Assembly (NCBI GenBank): GCA_050012755.1
Contig: JBEKGO010000016.1
Span: 1-57,088, forward strand
Direction: 5' to 3'
DNA from: Candidatus Bathyarchaeia archaeon
Lineage (GTDB): Archaea > Thermoproteota > Bathyarchaeia > Bathyarchaeales > Bathycorpusculaceae
DNA length: 57,088 bases
Part shown: positions 28,448 through 37,914 of the stretch, piece after piece
Layout: every line of letters begins with the position of its first letter
Numbering within the stretch: the first letter of the stretch is position 1
Position numbers and translations under genes: made by a program
Notes under the pieces: generated by a model
Database searches by the model: none
The model's input: only the letters and a program-made list of their open reading frames with translations
What the model was told of the DNA's origin: nothing

Positions 28448-29713
28448 GTGATCAGGTTGGAAAAAGAGCCCAGAAAGCTGAAGCGTTCAATCGGTTTGTG
28501 GAGTGCAGTTGCCATTAACGTTGGCGCAATCATAGGCGGCGGAATCTTCGTCGTCACAGGCATCGTTGCAGGCTACGCTGGCTCAGCACTCATCATATCA
28601 ATGATAATCGCAGGCATAATTGCCACAATTACAGCTACAAGTTTTGCAAGGCTTGCAGCTTGGCAACCTGTGGAAGGTGGCGTTTATGAATATGGACGCC
28701 AGCTTGTTTCGCCTTTTTCTGGTTTTTTGGCGGGTTGGATGTGGCTGGTCGCTAACACTTTCACTGGAGCAGCAGTCTCACTTGGGTTTGCATATTACTT
28801 GGCAGCAGCTTTTCCCGGTTTGCCAACCAATTTAGTGGCGGCTACGTTGTGTTTAGGTTTTACAGCGTTAAATTTGGTTGGTGCTAAGGAATCGACTGGA
28901 GTCAACAATGTTCTAGTTAGCATCAAGCTTGCAGTGTTGGCGTTTTTCGTGGTTTTCGGCTCGCTCCATTTCAACTCGGGTAATTTCGTTCCTTTTAATC
29001 CTCTAACCAGCGGTGTTCTATACGGGTCTTTTTTCATTTTCTTTGCTTACGGTGGCTTTGCAAGAGTTACAGTTGTTGCGGAAGAAGTCAAAGATGCCAA
29101 GCGAAATGTGCCTCGTGCCTTGCTTTTGTCGCTGGGGATTTCGATGGTTGTCTATGTTCTAGTTGGTCTAATAGCTGTTGGATTGCTTAATGCGCATGCG
29201 CTGTCGATTTCGCCTTCGCCCTTAAGTTCAGCTATGAGTGTGACGGGTAACTCGGTTGCAGTCCAGATTGTGGCGGTTGGCGGTTTAGTAGCCACGGCAA
29301 GTGTTTTGTTAACTGCGATTTTGGGGGTTTCAAGGATGGCGTATTCTATGGCTCGCCGAAATGATTTGCCCTCTGCTTTGGCGCGTTTGCACAGCAGATT
29401 TTTGACTCCGTATTACGCTATTTTGGGTTCAGGCATTTTAATGGCCGTTCTCGTATTGTTTGTTAATTTAAGTCAGGTCGTTGCAATCAGCACATTTGCA
29501 CTTCTCTTCAACTATTCAATTACCAACATTGCGGCATTCAACCTGAAAGAGAATCATACTCGCCATAAGGTTTTGCCTATGCTGGGTTTGGCAACCTGCA
29601 TAATGCTCTTGGTTTTCATACTCTTAGCTTCAACGCAAGCATGGATAATCGGCGTTGCCTTCCTTTTAGCAGGAACAGCATACTATGCTGTGCAAAAAAA
29701 GCTCAGAAAATAG
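28448..29713 (+). CDS. APC-family amino acid permease
   Basis: GAIIGGGIF, FFAYGGF, AEEVKDAKRNVPRA, about 12 transmembrane segments. Confidence 0.92.
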   Translation: MIRLEKEPRKLKRSIGLWSAVAINVGAIIGGGIFVVTGIVAGYAGSALIISMIIAGIIATITATSFARLAAWQPVEGGVYEYGRQLVSPFSGFLAGWMWLVANTFTGAAVSLGFAYYLAAAFPGLPTNLVAATLCLGFTALNLVGAKESTGVNNVLVSIKLAVLAFFVVFGSLHFNSGNFVPFNPLTSGVLYGSFFIFFAYGGFARVTVVAEEVKDAKRNVPRALLLSLGISMVVYVLVGLIAVGLLNAHALSISPSPLSSAMSVTGNSVAVQIVAVGGLVATASVLLTAILGVSRMAYSMARRNDLPSALARLHSRFLTPYYAILGSGILMAVLVLFVNLSQVVAISTFALLFNYSITNIAAFNLKENHTRHKVLPMLGLATCIMLLVFILLASTQAWIIGVAFLLAGTAYYAVQKKLRK

Positions 29714-29783
29714 AGGGAAAAGAAAATTTAGGCTGCGATAAAGATTTTAACTTTAGATTGTTTTAGCTGTTTGGAAAGATACG

Positions 29784-30503
29784 ATGCCGATTAAAGCAGT
29801 CTTATTTGACATGTTTGATACTCTTATGATGGTTAGAAGAAACCATGATTTCTACAGCCCATCATTGATGCGGACCTACAAGTTTCTCAACAAAAATGGG
29901 ATCGATGTCTCTTTTGACACCTTCGAAAAAGCCTACATTAAAGCGCGTGATGAGCTTTACGCAAGAGTGGATGCTAATCTTGAGGAGCCTCACTTCAATG
30001 TTCGCATTTCTGAAGCACTCAAAAACTTAGGCTACAATTATAGCGCTTCCAGCCAACTTGTTACTGAAGCCACAGCTGAGTTCTGTGATGAATTTATGAC
30101 TTTTGTTTACTTAGACCCCAACACAGAAAAAATCCTACGCACTTTGCATGGAAAATACAAGCTGGGCATAATCTCAAATTTTGCCATCCCCGAATGCGTC
30201 CATGAACTTCTCAAAACTCACGGTTTATCTGAGTTGTTGGATGCTGTGGTGGTTTCTGCGGCAGTTAACAAACGCAAACCTAGCCCAGAAATTTTCTTAA
30301 ACACTTTAAATGCTTTGGGCGTGTCCGCGGAGGAAACGGTTTTTGTAGGGGACACTCTTGACGCTGATATTGAAGGCGCTAAAGGAGCTGGCATAAAGGC
30401 AATATATATTGAGAGGCGAATTGAAAATTCCGAGGGTCTGGTTAAGCCAGATAAAACTATAAAGAGCCTTGGAGAACTTCCGACGGTTCTAAAAGACCTT
30501 TAA
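29784..30503 (+). CDS. HAD-family hydrolase
   Basis: FDMFDTL, ISN, KP.PEIF, VGDTLDADIEGA. Confidence 0.9.
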   Translation: MPIKAVLFDMFDTLMMVRRNHDFYSPSLMRTYKFLNKNGIDVSFDTFEKAYIKARDELYARVDANLEEPHFNVRISEALKNLGYNYSASSQLVTEATAEFCDEFMTFVYLDPNTEKILRTLHGKYKLGIISNFAIPECVHELLKTHGLSELLDAVVVSAAVNKRKPSPEIFLNTLNALGVSAEETVFVGDTLDADIEGAKGAGIKAIYIERRIENSEGLVKPDKTIKSLGELPTVLKDL

Positions 30504-30687
30504 ATCATTCTTGAGAAATAACTTGAGTAAACAAGATTTAGATATTATTCCTTTTGAGTTAACTTCAGCATTTTTGTTAATTCGTTGTGTCTTTGAAGAA
30601 AATCTTTGCTTTTATCGGGTTTTTAATATTTTTCTTACCTTCAACCAAAAAAATAGAAAGCCTTTACTTTGGCAGTGAGAAAAACAC

Positions 30688-31197
30688 ATGGGAACAAACA
30701 TGCTTATTGGCGCAATCTCCGACACCCATGACAACTTACCTCAAATAGAAAAAGCCGTAAAATACCTAAACGAACAAAACGTAGATTTAGTACTTCATGC
30801 AGGCGACTACGTTGCAGGTTTTGTTATCCCAAAGTTCAAAAAGTTAAACTGCAAACTCATCGGCGTATTTGGCAACAACGACGGAGACCATGAGCTCCTG
30901 AAAAAGCGTTTTAGCGAAACCACCAACTGCATCATCCATGACCAATTCGCAACAGTAAATGTTGACGGGTACAGAATCGCGCTGTTGCATGGAACAGAAA
31001 TCGAACTGCTCAACTCAATAATAGACACCGGATACTTCAACGCTGTAATTCACGGACACTCTCACAACAAAAGTATTGAAAAAAGGGGGAAAATCCTCGC
31101 CATTAATCCAGGTGAACTCTGTGGATACCTAACAGGAAAACCTACTTTAGCTCTTCTAGACACTCTCAAGAATGAAGCAAAAATAATCGAAATCTGA
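30688..31197 (+). CDS. MJ0936/YfcE-family metallophosphoesterase
   Basis: SDTHDN, HAGD, GNND, HG, GHSH, NPG. Confidence 0.92.
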   Translation: MGTNMLIGAISDTHDNLPQIEKAVKYLNEQNVDLVLHAGDYVAGFVIPKFKKLNCKLIGVFGNNDGDHELLKKRFSETTNCIIHDQFATVNVDGYRIALLHGTEIELLNSIIDTGYFNAVIHGHSHNKSIEKRGKILAINPGELCGYLTGKPTLALLDTLKNEAKIIEI

Positions 31198-31209
31198 GGG
31201 CATTTTTGT

Positions 31210-32142
31210 TTAAGTACTCTTGTTATAGGGTTCTCTTAGTGAATTAGCTGTTATGAATAGTTGTTTTAGTTGCTCGTCGCTTGCTTCTTGACGTATGGCT
31301 GTTAGGATGTCGGTCAGGTTATCGTTTCTCATGAGGCATGGTTTTAGTTTGCCATCGCTTGTGACTCGCATTCGCGTGCAGTGCATGCAGAAGTCGCTGT
31401 TTTCAATGGGATGAACCACCTCAACTGTTACGTTTGGCAGGTGGTAGATTAGGCGGTTATGCATGAAGGGTCTTTTCTCAATTGTTTCCGCTTTTTCTCG
31501 GAGCATTTGTTCTTGCTCGTCTAGGCTGCGGTGATGTGTTTGGTAGTAGTTGCTGGTGACGTTTATGGGATCAAGCTCTATGAGTTGCAGTACGGTGCCT
31601 GTTTGCCGTGCATACTCTATCATGGCTGGTACGTCGCCTTCGTTCACGTCTTGGAGTATTACCATGTTGAGTTTGACGGGGCAAAATCCTGCTTCGACGG
31701 CTGCTTTAACTCCTTTCAACGCTTGTTGCAGATTTCCGCTGGTTAACTTGCGATAGGTGTCGGGGTTTATTGAGGGTAAGCTGATGTTGACTCGCTTCAA
31801 TCCACGTTTGTACAATTCTTTAGCCATGCCCTTAAGAAGTAAACCGTTGGTTGTTATCGACAAATCCTTCAAGCCCGGGATTGCAGCTATGCCTGAGATG
31901 ATTTCAGGAAGGTCTCTGCGCATTAGCGGTTCCCCGCCTGTCAACTTAATCCTTGCAATACCCAAGCTCACGGCTATTTTGGATATGCGCACTATTTCTT
32001 CAACCGTCATCTTCTCTGCAGAAACGTTGGCTCGTTTCACTTCACCTTCTCTATGGCAGAACAAACAGCGATTGTTGCATCGCTGAGTAATCGATATTCT
32101 CAGATTAAGTAAGGGTCTACCGCAGTTGTCCGTTAAACTCAT
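31210..32142 (-). CDS. moaA: GTP 3',8-cyclase
   Basis: Radical SAM motif CNNRCLFC, TGGEPL, FCMHCTRMRVTSDGKLKPCL. Confidence 0.96.
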   Translation of the reverse strand: MSLTDNCGRPLLNLRISITQRCNNRCLFCHREGEVKRANVSAEKMTVEEIVRISKIAVSLGIARIKLTGGEPLMRRDLPEIISGIAAIPGLKDLSITTNGLLLKGMAKELYKRGLKRVNISLPSINPDTYRKLTSGNLQQALKGVKAAVEAGFCPVKLNMVILQDVNEGDVPAMIEYARQTGTVLQLIELDPINVTSNYYQTHHRSLDEQEQMLREKAETIEKRPFMHNRLIYHLPNVTVEVVHPIENSDFCMHCTRMRVTSDGKLKPCLMRNDNLTDILTAIRQEASDEQLKQLFITANSLREPYNKST

Positions 32143-32144
32143 CG

Positions 32145-32678
32145 TTATTCCCGTGCGTGCTTAACGATGTGAGCAGCCTCGGGCAAAATAAGCATTTCTA
32201 CCGCAACCCGCACAGCATCAGGGGAACCTGGAATACAAAACAAAGCCTTGCCTTTAGCCACTCCAGCAACGGCACGAGACAAAACCGCAGCTGAACCAAC
32301 CCGATCAAAACTTATTCGTCTAAAAAACTCGCCAAAGCCAGGCAAAGTTTTCTCAAAGAATGGAGTTACTGTTTCAATGGTGATGTCTGTTGGGGTAATT
32401 CCTGTGCCGCCAGAGAAGACGGCAACGTCTAAATCGAGCATGTTCAGGGCTTGCTGGACGGCTTCGGAAATCATCGTTTTATAGTCAGCAATTATTTTTT
32501 TGAAGAGCACGTTTTGCCCAGAATTTTTTAGCAATTCGACGATTGTGTCGCCGCCGACATCGCTAATCTCTGATACGCCTTGTTCAATTTGTTTGTAACG
32601 TGAAGTGCTGCAAACGTAGACCGCGAAATTCAGAATTTTAGGCGCTTTGGCCTTATGTGCTTTGGAACTTTCACTCAT
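32145..32678 (-). CDS. moaB: Molybdopterin adenylyltransferase, MoaB/MogA family
   Basis: GGTGITPTDIT, LPGFGEFFR, SRAVAG, PGSPDA. Confidence 0.9.
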   Translation of the reverse strand: MSESSKAHKAKAPKILNFAVYVCSTSRYKQIEQGVSEISDVGGDTIVELLKNSGQNVLFKKIIADYKTMISEAVQQALNMLDLDVAVFSGGTGITPTDITIETVTPFFEKTLPGFGEFFRRISFDRVGSAAVLSRAVAGVAKGKALFCIPGSPDAVRVAVEMLILPEAAHIVKHARE

Positions 32679-32681
32679 ACC

Positions 32682-33128
32682 TTACGCCTGCTTAAACTTG
32701 CGTACAACATGAATATTCGCAATTTCCGTAGAAGGATACTGCCCAGCCGAGTCTTTTTCGTACTGCTTGGTCATGTCCCAAACAGTTAACAACGCCACAG
32801 AAACTGCGGTTAACGCTTCCATCTCAACACCAGTTTGCGCTTTTGTCTTAACGGTGGCTGTAACCGAAACAGTGACTTTATCGGCTACTTTTACGTCGAC
32901 TTCCACGTTTGTTAATGGCAATGGGTGGCAAAGAGGAATCAAATCGCTCGTTTTCTTAGCAGCAAGCACTCCAGCGATTTTTGCCGTGTAAAGCGGGTCA
33001 CCTTTAGCGATTTTTCCAGCCTTGATTAAATCAATTGTTTCAGCCTTCAAATTTATTATTCCAGTTGCAGTTGCTTCTCGGAAAATTTCAGCTTTCCCTG
33101 ATACATCAACCATCGCCATTTTACTCAC
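32682..33128 (-). CDS. moaC: cPMP synthase
   Basis: MVDVSGK, LIPLCHP, TGVEMEAL, DMTK. Confidence 0.96.
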   Translation of the reverse strand: MSKMAMVDVSGKAEIFREATATGIINLKAETIDLIKAGKIAKGDPLYTAKIAGVLAAKKTSDLIPLCHPLPLTNVEVDVKVADKVTVSVTATVKTKAQTGVEMEALTAVSVALLTVWDMTKQYEKDSAGQYPSTEIANIHVVRKFKQA

Positions 33129-33129
33129 C

Positions 33130-33405
33130 TTATTTATTCTGTTCCCACGCTTCTATTAGGTTTTGCACTGCCTTCGCTTTCGCTGAACTTTCGTTAAACC
33201 TGTACATACGAACTCTACCGTAAAGGTGCACTTGCAAAATCCCTTCAGCTTCTAAAAATTTCAAGTGCTCAGCGGTCGATGTGAAGTTAGCTTTGGTTTG
33301 GCGAGCGATATCTGAAATATTAGGCTGACCCGATTTGTAGATTACTTTTAAGATTTTCATCCGAAGCTTGGACGAAAAAACCTCTTCAAATTCCATACTC
33401 TTCAC
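33130..33405 (-). CDS. ArsR-like wHTH protein
   Basis: VFSSKLRMKIL...NISDIARQT..NF.....HLKFLEAEGIL. Confidence 0.8.
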   Translation of the reverse strand: MKSMEFEEVFSSKLRMKILKVIYKSGQPNISDIARQTKANFTSTAEHLKFLEAEGILQVHLYGRVRMYRFNESSAKAKAVQNLIEAWEQNK

Positions 33406-34592
33406 CTGCTCCCTTTTTCCTGCTCTAGTGAGGTACTTAATTCTTTTTCTAACTCATGCGCTGGAATTGAAAGCAAAGAAACTCGGGTAGACCTACCTCT
33501 TGTGGCAGAACTTCCAACTTCTAATTTTAGAATTCTCATTGAAGAAAGAAACTGAGCGTAATTGTAAATTTGCGTGTGGCTGTTGGGCTGCTCGTCCATC
33601 TCTTCGCAGATAACCGCGTAGGTTTTTTCAACATCAGATAGCAAAGCATATGCCTCTTCATTCTCCTTAAAGTAACGGGCGACTGCAAGCAAGAAGATTT
33701 TTTGGTGCAAACCAAGCCCTGCTAACTCACTTCGCCGCATGCCTGGAACAATGTTGGATACTGCCATGCGAACACATTCAGCCTCGACCATTCCCGCTTG
33801 TTCTGCATCAGCATACTTCCCGGCGCGCCAGAGCAGCTCGATTCCGAATCTGGCATTTCCCGTTTCACTGAAAGCCAACTCAGCAATCAAATCAACCACA
33901 TCTTCGACAACTGCTCCTAACTCAAAAGCCATGGAAACTCGTTGGTTTAAGATGTCGACAAGCTGAGGTTTGCCATAACGTTCTAGATTTATGATACTGC
34001 GTTGAAGAGTGCTTCGTGCGCTCTCATCTAACCTTTCAAGCGATTTTAAATCGCGCATTATAAAAATAAATGATAATCGTTGCGGTTTGCCTTGGCGCAT
34101 TTCCTGCAGACGGGTTAGCTTGTAGACGGCATCTGAACCTTCATTTTCGATTAGACTGTCAAACTCGTCGAGCGTTAGCACCATAAAAGCGTTTTCTTCA
34201 TCTAAAACCTGCATCAATGTTGAGAGAATTTCATCTGCAGAATAGCCACGCGCTGGATACTTTGAGCGGAAAACAGTTACTGCATGATGCAAAATCGGCT
34301 GAAGACTACCTCGATACTCACGGCAGTTAACGTGTACATAACGGAATTTTATTGCTCGTTTGTTGGCTTCTGATGTGATGTTGGCTCCGAAATGTTGAGC
34401 AAGAACGGTTTTTCCAGCGCCGACTTCACCTGTTATGATAACCCGTTGAGACATGCGCTCTGGGCAGCGAATAATGAAGCTGAAGAACTCCATCAGCAGA
34501 CGATGTTCTTTTTCTCTGTGAGGCAACTGCTGCGGAATGTAATTTATGTCAAGCTTGCCTTCATCTTTGAACACGCTTTGATGTGACCGCAA
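33402..34592 (-). CDS. cdc6: Orc1/Cdc6 AAA+ replication initiator family protein
   Basis: YIPQQLPHREKE, GEVGAGKT, VNC, LDEFD, GNARFGIELL and a C-terminal winged helix. Confidence 0.92.
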   Translation of the reverse strand: MRSHQSVFKDEGKLDINYIPQQLPHREKEHRLLMEFFSFIIRCPERMSQRVIITGEVGAGKTVLAQHFGANITSEANKRAIKFRYVHVNCREYRGSLQPILHHAVTVFRSKYPARGYSADEILSTLMQVLDEENAFMVLTLDEFDSLIENEGSDAVYKLTRLQEMRQGKPQRLSFIFIMRDLKSLERLDESARSTLQRSIINLERYGKPQLVDILNQRVSMAFELGAVVEDVVDLIAELAFSETGNARFGIELLWRAGKYADAEQAGMVEAECVRMAVSNIVPGMRRSELAGLGLHQKIFLLAVARYFKENEEAYALLSDVEKTYAVICEEMDEQPNSHTQIYNYAQFLSSMRILKLEVGSSATRGRSTRVSLLSIPAHELEKELSTSLEQEKGSR

Positions 34593-34694
34593 ATTTGTTC
34601 CTCAACACCGTTTCTTGCCTGTTTCAACGTATTACTACGTCTTAAAACAAAAGCCTAATAAATGCATTCTGTAATCATTTGTTTCCGAACCTAA

Positions 34695-35264
34695 ATGATA
34701 CCAAAATACTTCTTTTTCACAAAAGGAGTTGGCAAACATAAAGAACAACTCCAATCATTTGAATTAGCCCTCAGAGACGCAGGCATACAGATGTGCAATT
34801 TAGTCAGCGTTTCAAGCATTGTACCGCCTGGATGCGAACTTCTCACACGTGACAAAGGCTTAAAGATGGTGCAGTCCGGAGAGATTACCTTCGTTGTTAT
34901 CGCCCGAAACTCCACCAATGAGCCACACAGGCTTTTAGCGTCATCTATTGGCGTAGCTATCCCTTCAGGCAAAAACCAGTATGGCTACCTCTCAGAACAC
35001 CACTCATACGGACAAACAGACGAAATTGCAGGTGACTACGCAGAAGACCTAGCAGCAACAATGTTGGCAACAACTATGGGTATCCAGTTTGACCCAGAAA
35101 CAGCTTGGGATGAACGCAAACAGCTCTTCAAAACTACAGGGTTAATCATAAAAACAGCCAACATCACTCAATCAGCAGCAGGCGACAAGAACGGTTTATG
35201 GACCACAACAGTTGCAGCAGCCGTCTTCGTTCCAGAAAACCACAACGATAAGCCAAAAGAATAA
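34695..35264 (+). CDS. pdaD: Pyruvoyl-dependent arginine decarboxylase
   Basis: [21 protein letters not shown] (Ser-Ser cleavage site), GYLSEHH. Confidence 0.93.
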   Translation: MIPKYFFFTKGVGKHKEQLQSFELALRDAGIQMCNLVSVSSIVPPGCELLTRDKGLKMVQSGEITFVVIARNSTNEPHRLLASSIGVAIPSGKNQYGYLSEHHSYGQTDEIAGDYAEDLAATMLATTMGIQFDPETAWDERKQLFKTTGLIIKTANITQSAAGDKNGLWTTTVAAAVFVPENHNDKPKE

Positions 35265-35372
35265 TCAATATTTTTTCATTCTTATCACAATGTAAAACTT
35301 AGCTGATAATATGTTGTCCTTCTTAACTTCTTATTCTTCTGCAAACATTAAGGCCTGATAGGAAGAGAGAAA

Positions 35373-35827
35373 ATCACCGAAACCATAGAATTCCCAAAAA
35401 AATTCACAATAATTGGCAACAGTTCACTTGCCTTTTGGATTGCATTAGACGCCGTAGCTTTCCTGCTAATCAATATAGCCGTGGGAGTAGTGTTCATTTT
35501 AGTTGCGCTTATCGCCGTTTATGGTATACTCAAGTTTTTGGGCTGCATGCGTCCATGCTATAACTGCAAAAAATGCACTTTTGGGTTAGGAGACTATCGG
35601 CATTGTACTTTGGAAAACGCAGCCTCAAAGACTACAAACTAACTTACAAGTTGCCCACAGCAATCTTTTTCTATGCTCTAATAGGTCCATTTCCAGTAGC
35701 AATTCTGCTCATTTCCACAGTCCAAGCGATTACAATCCCTAAAATAGCAGTTACGCTTGTACTCGCAATATTGTCAGTCTACAGCGCCCTGACTTGGCGT
35801 ACAAACCACAAACTTCAAAACTCCTAA
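35373..35827 (+). pseudogene. Frameshifted membrane protein with a Cys cluster (or sequencing error)
   Basis: One frame gives two TM helices plus CMRPCYNCKKCTFGLG; a shift near 35591 continues RLSALYFGK with two more TM helices. Confidence 0.65.
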
Positions 35828-35839
35828 AATGAACATCAA

Positions 35840-36649
35840 CTAAGTCAGGTCTTTTTCTTTGAAGAACGACTCCAATTTTGAGTTTTCAGTTTTCTTAAGA
35901 ACCTCAGCACAAGTTTTGGGATCCAACGCCTTGTACTCCAGCCCAAGCGTAACAAGCAACCTCTGAACATCTTTGGCAAGGCTTGGAGCAACCAGCACTG
36001 CACGGACTTCACGGTTAACTTTTGCTTTTATGGGCTCAATGTACTTAGCCAATTGCAACGCAGCTTCTTTTGAAGCAGTTTTCCGTTTAACTTCAACTAT
36101 GACGAGTTTACCGTTTTTGTCCTCGCCATAGATGTCTACGAAGCCTGGCTCAACTTTTTTCTCCCAACTAATCGGTTTGAAGCCTTCTTCGAGGAGTTCA
36201 GGTTTGAGGAGGATTGCCCGGTGCATGTCGTCTTCGCTTGCATGTAAAAGGAAATCTCCTGAATCTGACAAGTTGAGGGCAGAGACCATATAGATGTTTT
36301 CGAATATAACGCGGACGCTTTCATGTGGCTTTTGCCGAATCCCATGAACCTCCAACTCCTCGCCTTTTACTTGGACGTGGAAAACGCTGCCTGCAGGTTG
36401 CCAGTTGACTGGTTCGTAACCGACTGGACGGTGAACAAGAAGAGAGCCGTCAGATTTGATGATTAGGATGCGTTCGCCAAGTTCAAGAGTTGAGCTTGCC
36501 CTGCCAACATAAAGCACACGACATGTGCCTGCAACGATGAGGGTTCTTCTTTGGGCAAATGATTTCTCAATCAACCTAGCAGCTTCAGCTAATGTAGGTA
36601 GGGTAAGCACCGAGAGTTTGTTTGATTGTTGCAATTTGTTTTCAGCCAA
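35840..36649 (-). CDS. nucS: Endonuclease NucS/EndoMS
   Basis: YVGRASS, KSDGSLLVH, PVNWQP, GFVDIYG, IVEVKR, QLAKY, PIP-like KLESFF tail. Confidence 0.95.
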   Translation of the reverse strand: MAENKLQQSNKLSVLTLPTLAEAARLIEKSFAQRRTLIVAGTCRVLYVGRASSTLELGERILIIKSDGSLLVHRPVGYEPVNWQPAGSVFHVQVKGEELEVHGIRQKPHESVRVIFENIYMVSALNLSDSGDFLLHASEDDMHRAILLKPELLEEGFKPISWEKKVEPGFVDIYGEDKNGKLVIVEVKRKTASKEAALQLAKYIEPIKAKVNREVRAVLVAPSLAKDVQRLLVTLGLEYKALDPKTCAEVLKKTENSKLESFFKEKDLT

Positions 36650-36683
36650 CTATTTTAGTCAGTGCTTGGGTACATAAGATTTC

Positions 36684-37259
36684 TTGAAGGAACACCGTTT
36701 GGCTGGTTGGAAAGACAAGCGCAGAGTCATGCAACGTTACGATTTAACTGCTGAAATGTACGAAGAACGGTACGCTGAGGAACAGAAAGCAAAATACAAA
36801 GCGGCATTAGAAAAAGAAGATGTCACAGATGGCATGGTTTTGGATGTGGGTTGTGGTTCAGGCTTATTTTTCAGGGAGGTCACGGCTCAATCGGGGATGA
36901 TTATTGGCGTTGACATCTCACGAAAACTATTGCTGAAAGCTAAAAAGCAAGCGGATAGTTTAACGAATGTTTCGGTTTTGCAGGCTGACGCAGATCATCT
37001 GCCGTTTAAGAATGCTTTTTTTGATGTTGTTTTTGCCTTTACCGTGCTTCAAAATATGCCCAAACCCGTTGAAACGCTAAAGGAATTGAATCGAGTTGTC
37101 AAGCCGAACGGCAAAGTTGTGGTGACTGGGTTAAAGAAGGCTTTTTCTCTTAACATATTTATGGATGCCCTTGAAGGCTCGGGCATGAAGATAATTTCTT
37201 TTGTTGATAATGAAGATTTGAAATGTTACGTTGCCACACTGGCTGCCTCGGCCAACTAA
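36684..37259 (+). CDS. Class I SAM-dependent methyltransferase
   Basis: VLDVGCGSG, GVDIS, ADADHLPF...FDVV. Confidence 0.9.
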   Translation: MKEHRLAGWKDKRRVMQRYDLTAEMYEERYAEEQKAKYKAALEKEDVTDGMVLDVGCGSGLFFREVTAQSGMIIGVDISRKLLLKAKKQADSLTNVSVLQADADHLPFKNAFFDVVFAFTVLQNMPKPVETLKELNRVVKPNGKVVVTGLKKAFSLNIFMDALEGSGMKIISFVDNEDLKCYVATLAASAN

Positions 37260-37288
37260 ATATCCCGCAACGTTAGTTTAAGCTATAA

Positions 37289-37690
37289 ATGAGGCGAAAT
37301 ACAAAATATTTCTTGGTGATCAGTTTGGTTTTAGCGAGAATGTCTTTATGGCACTTTAAAAAAGGCCAACGAGAAAAGGCTTTCTTAGAACTCGATCATA
37401 TCCTAAACACAGCGACACGAAATTCAAATGGATTTCGCGGTTACATTTCACTGCTCTCCTATGAAGACTCAAATTTAGTAACGATCCTGACATTATGGCA
37501 AGATGAAGAATCACTGAAAGCTTCTGAAAAAGCAGTATTCGCCCAAGCTAAAGAAAAAGTAAAAAACTCACTCAAAGGCTCTGCAAAAATAGAAAACTAT
37601 CAAATATTTTCAGCGGTATTCCCGGCAGAAGGCGAAGTTAAAGGCGTGGAAATAGGCGGTACGCCAAAATTTGTTTTCCTAAAAAAATAA
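37289..37690 (+). CDS. ABM-like (dimeric alpha/beta barrel) protein; start probably later (TTG ~37326)
   Basis: ARMSLW.FKKG...GFRGYISL...TILTLWQDEESL. Confidence 0.7.
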   Translation: MRRNTKYFLVISLVLARMSLWHFKKGQREKAFLELDHILNTATRNSNGFRGYISLLSYEDSNLVTILTLWQDEESLKASEKAVFAQAKEKVKNSLKGSAKIENYQIFSAVFPAEGEVKGVEIGGTPKFVFLKK

Positions 37691-37914
37691 TGTTGAACAG
37701 CCGTAATTTCTATACCTATAATCAAATCCAATTTTTTTCTTTCAAATTTAAATCGAAAGCAAGAAGCAAGCGTTGTTTAAATTAAAAATGAATGGACGAA
37801 AATGATTCAATTCAGCAAGTTTGCAGGATTAATCGGCACAAACATGTCAAATTGTTTTAATAAGACGTTTTTCCATTAGTTACGAACGCTCAATTTAGAG
37901 GCTAAGAAACTTTA

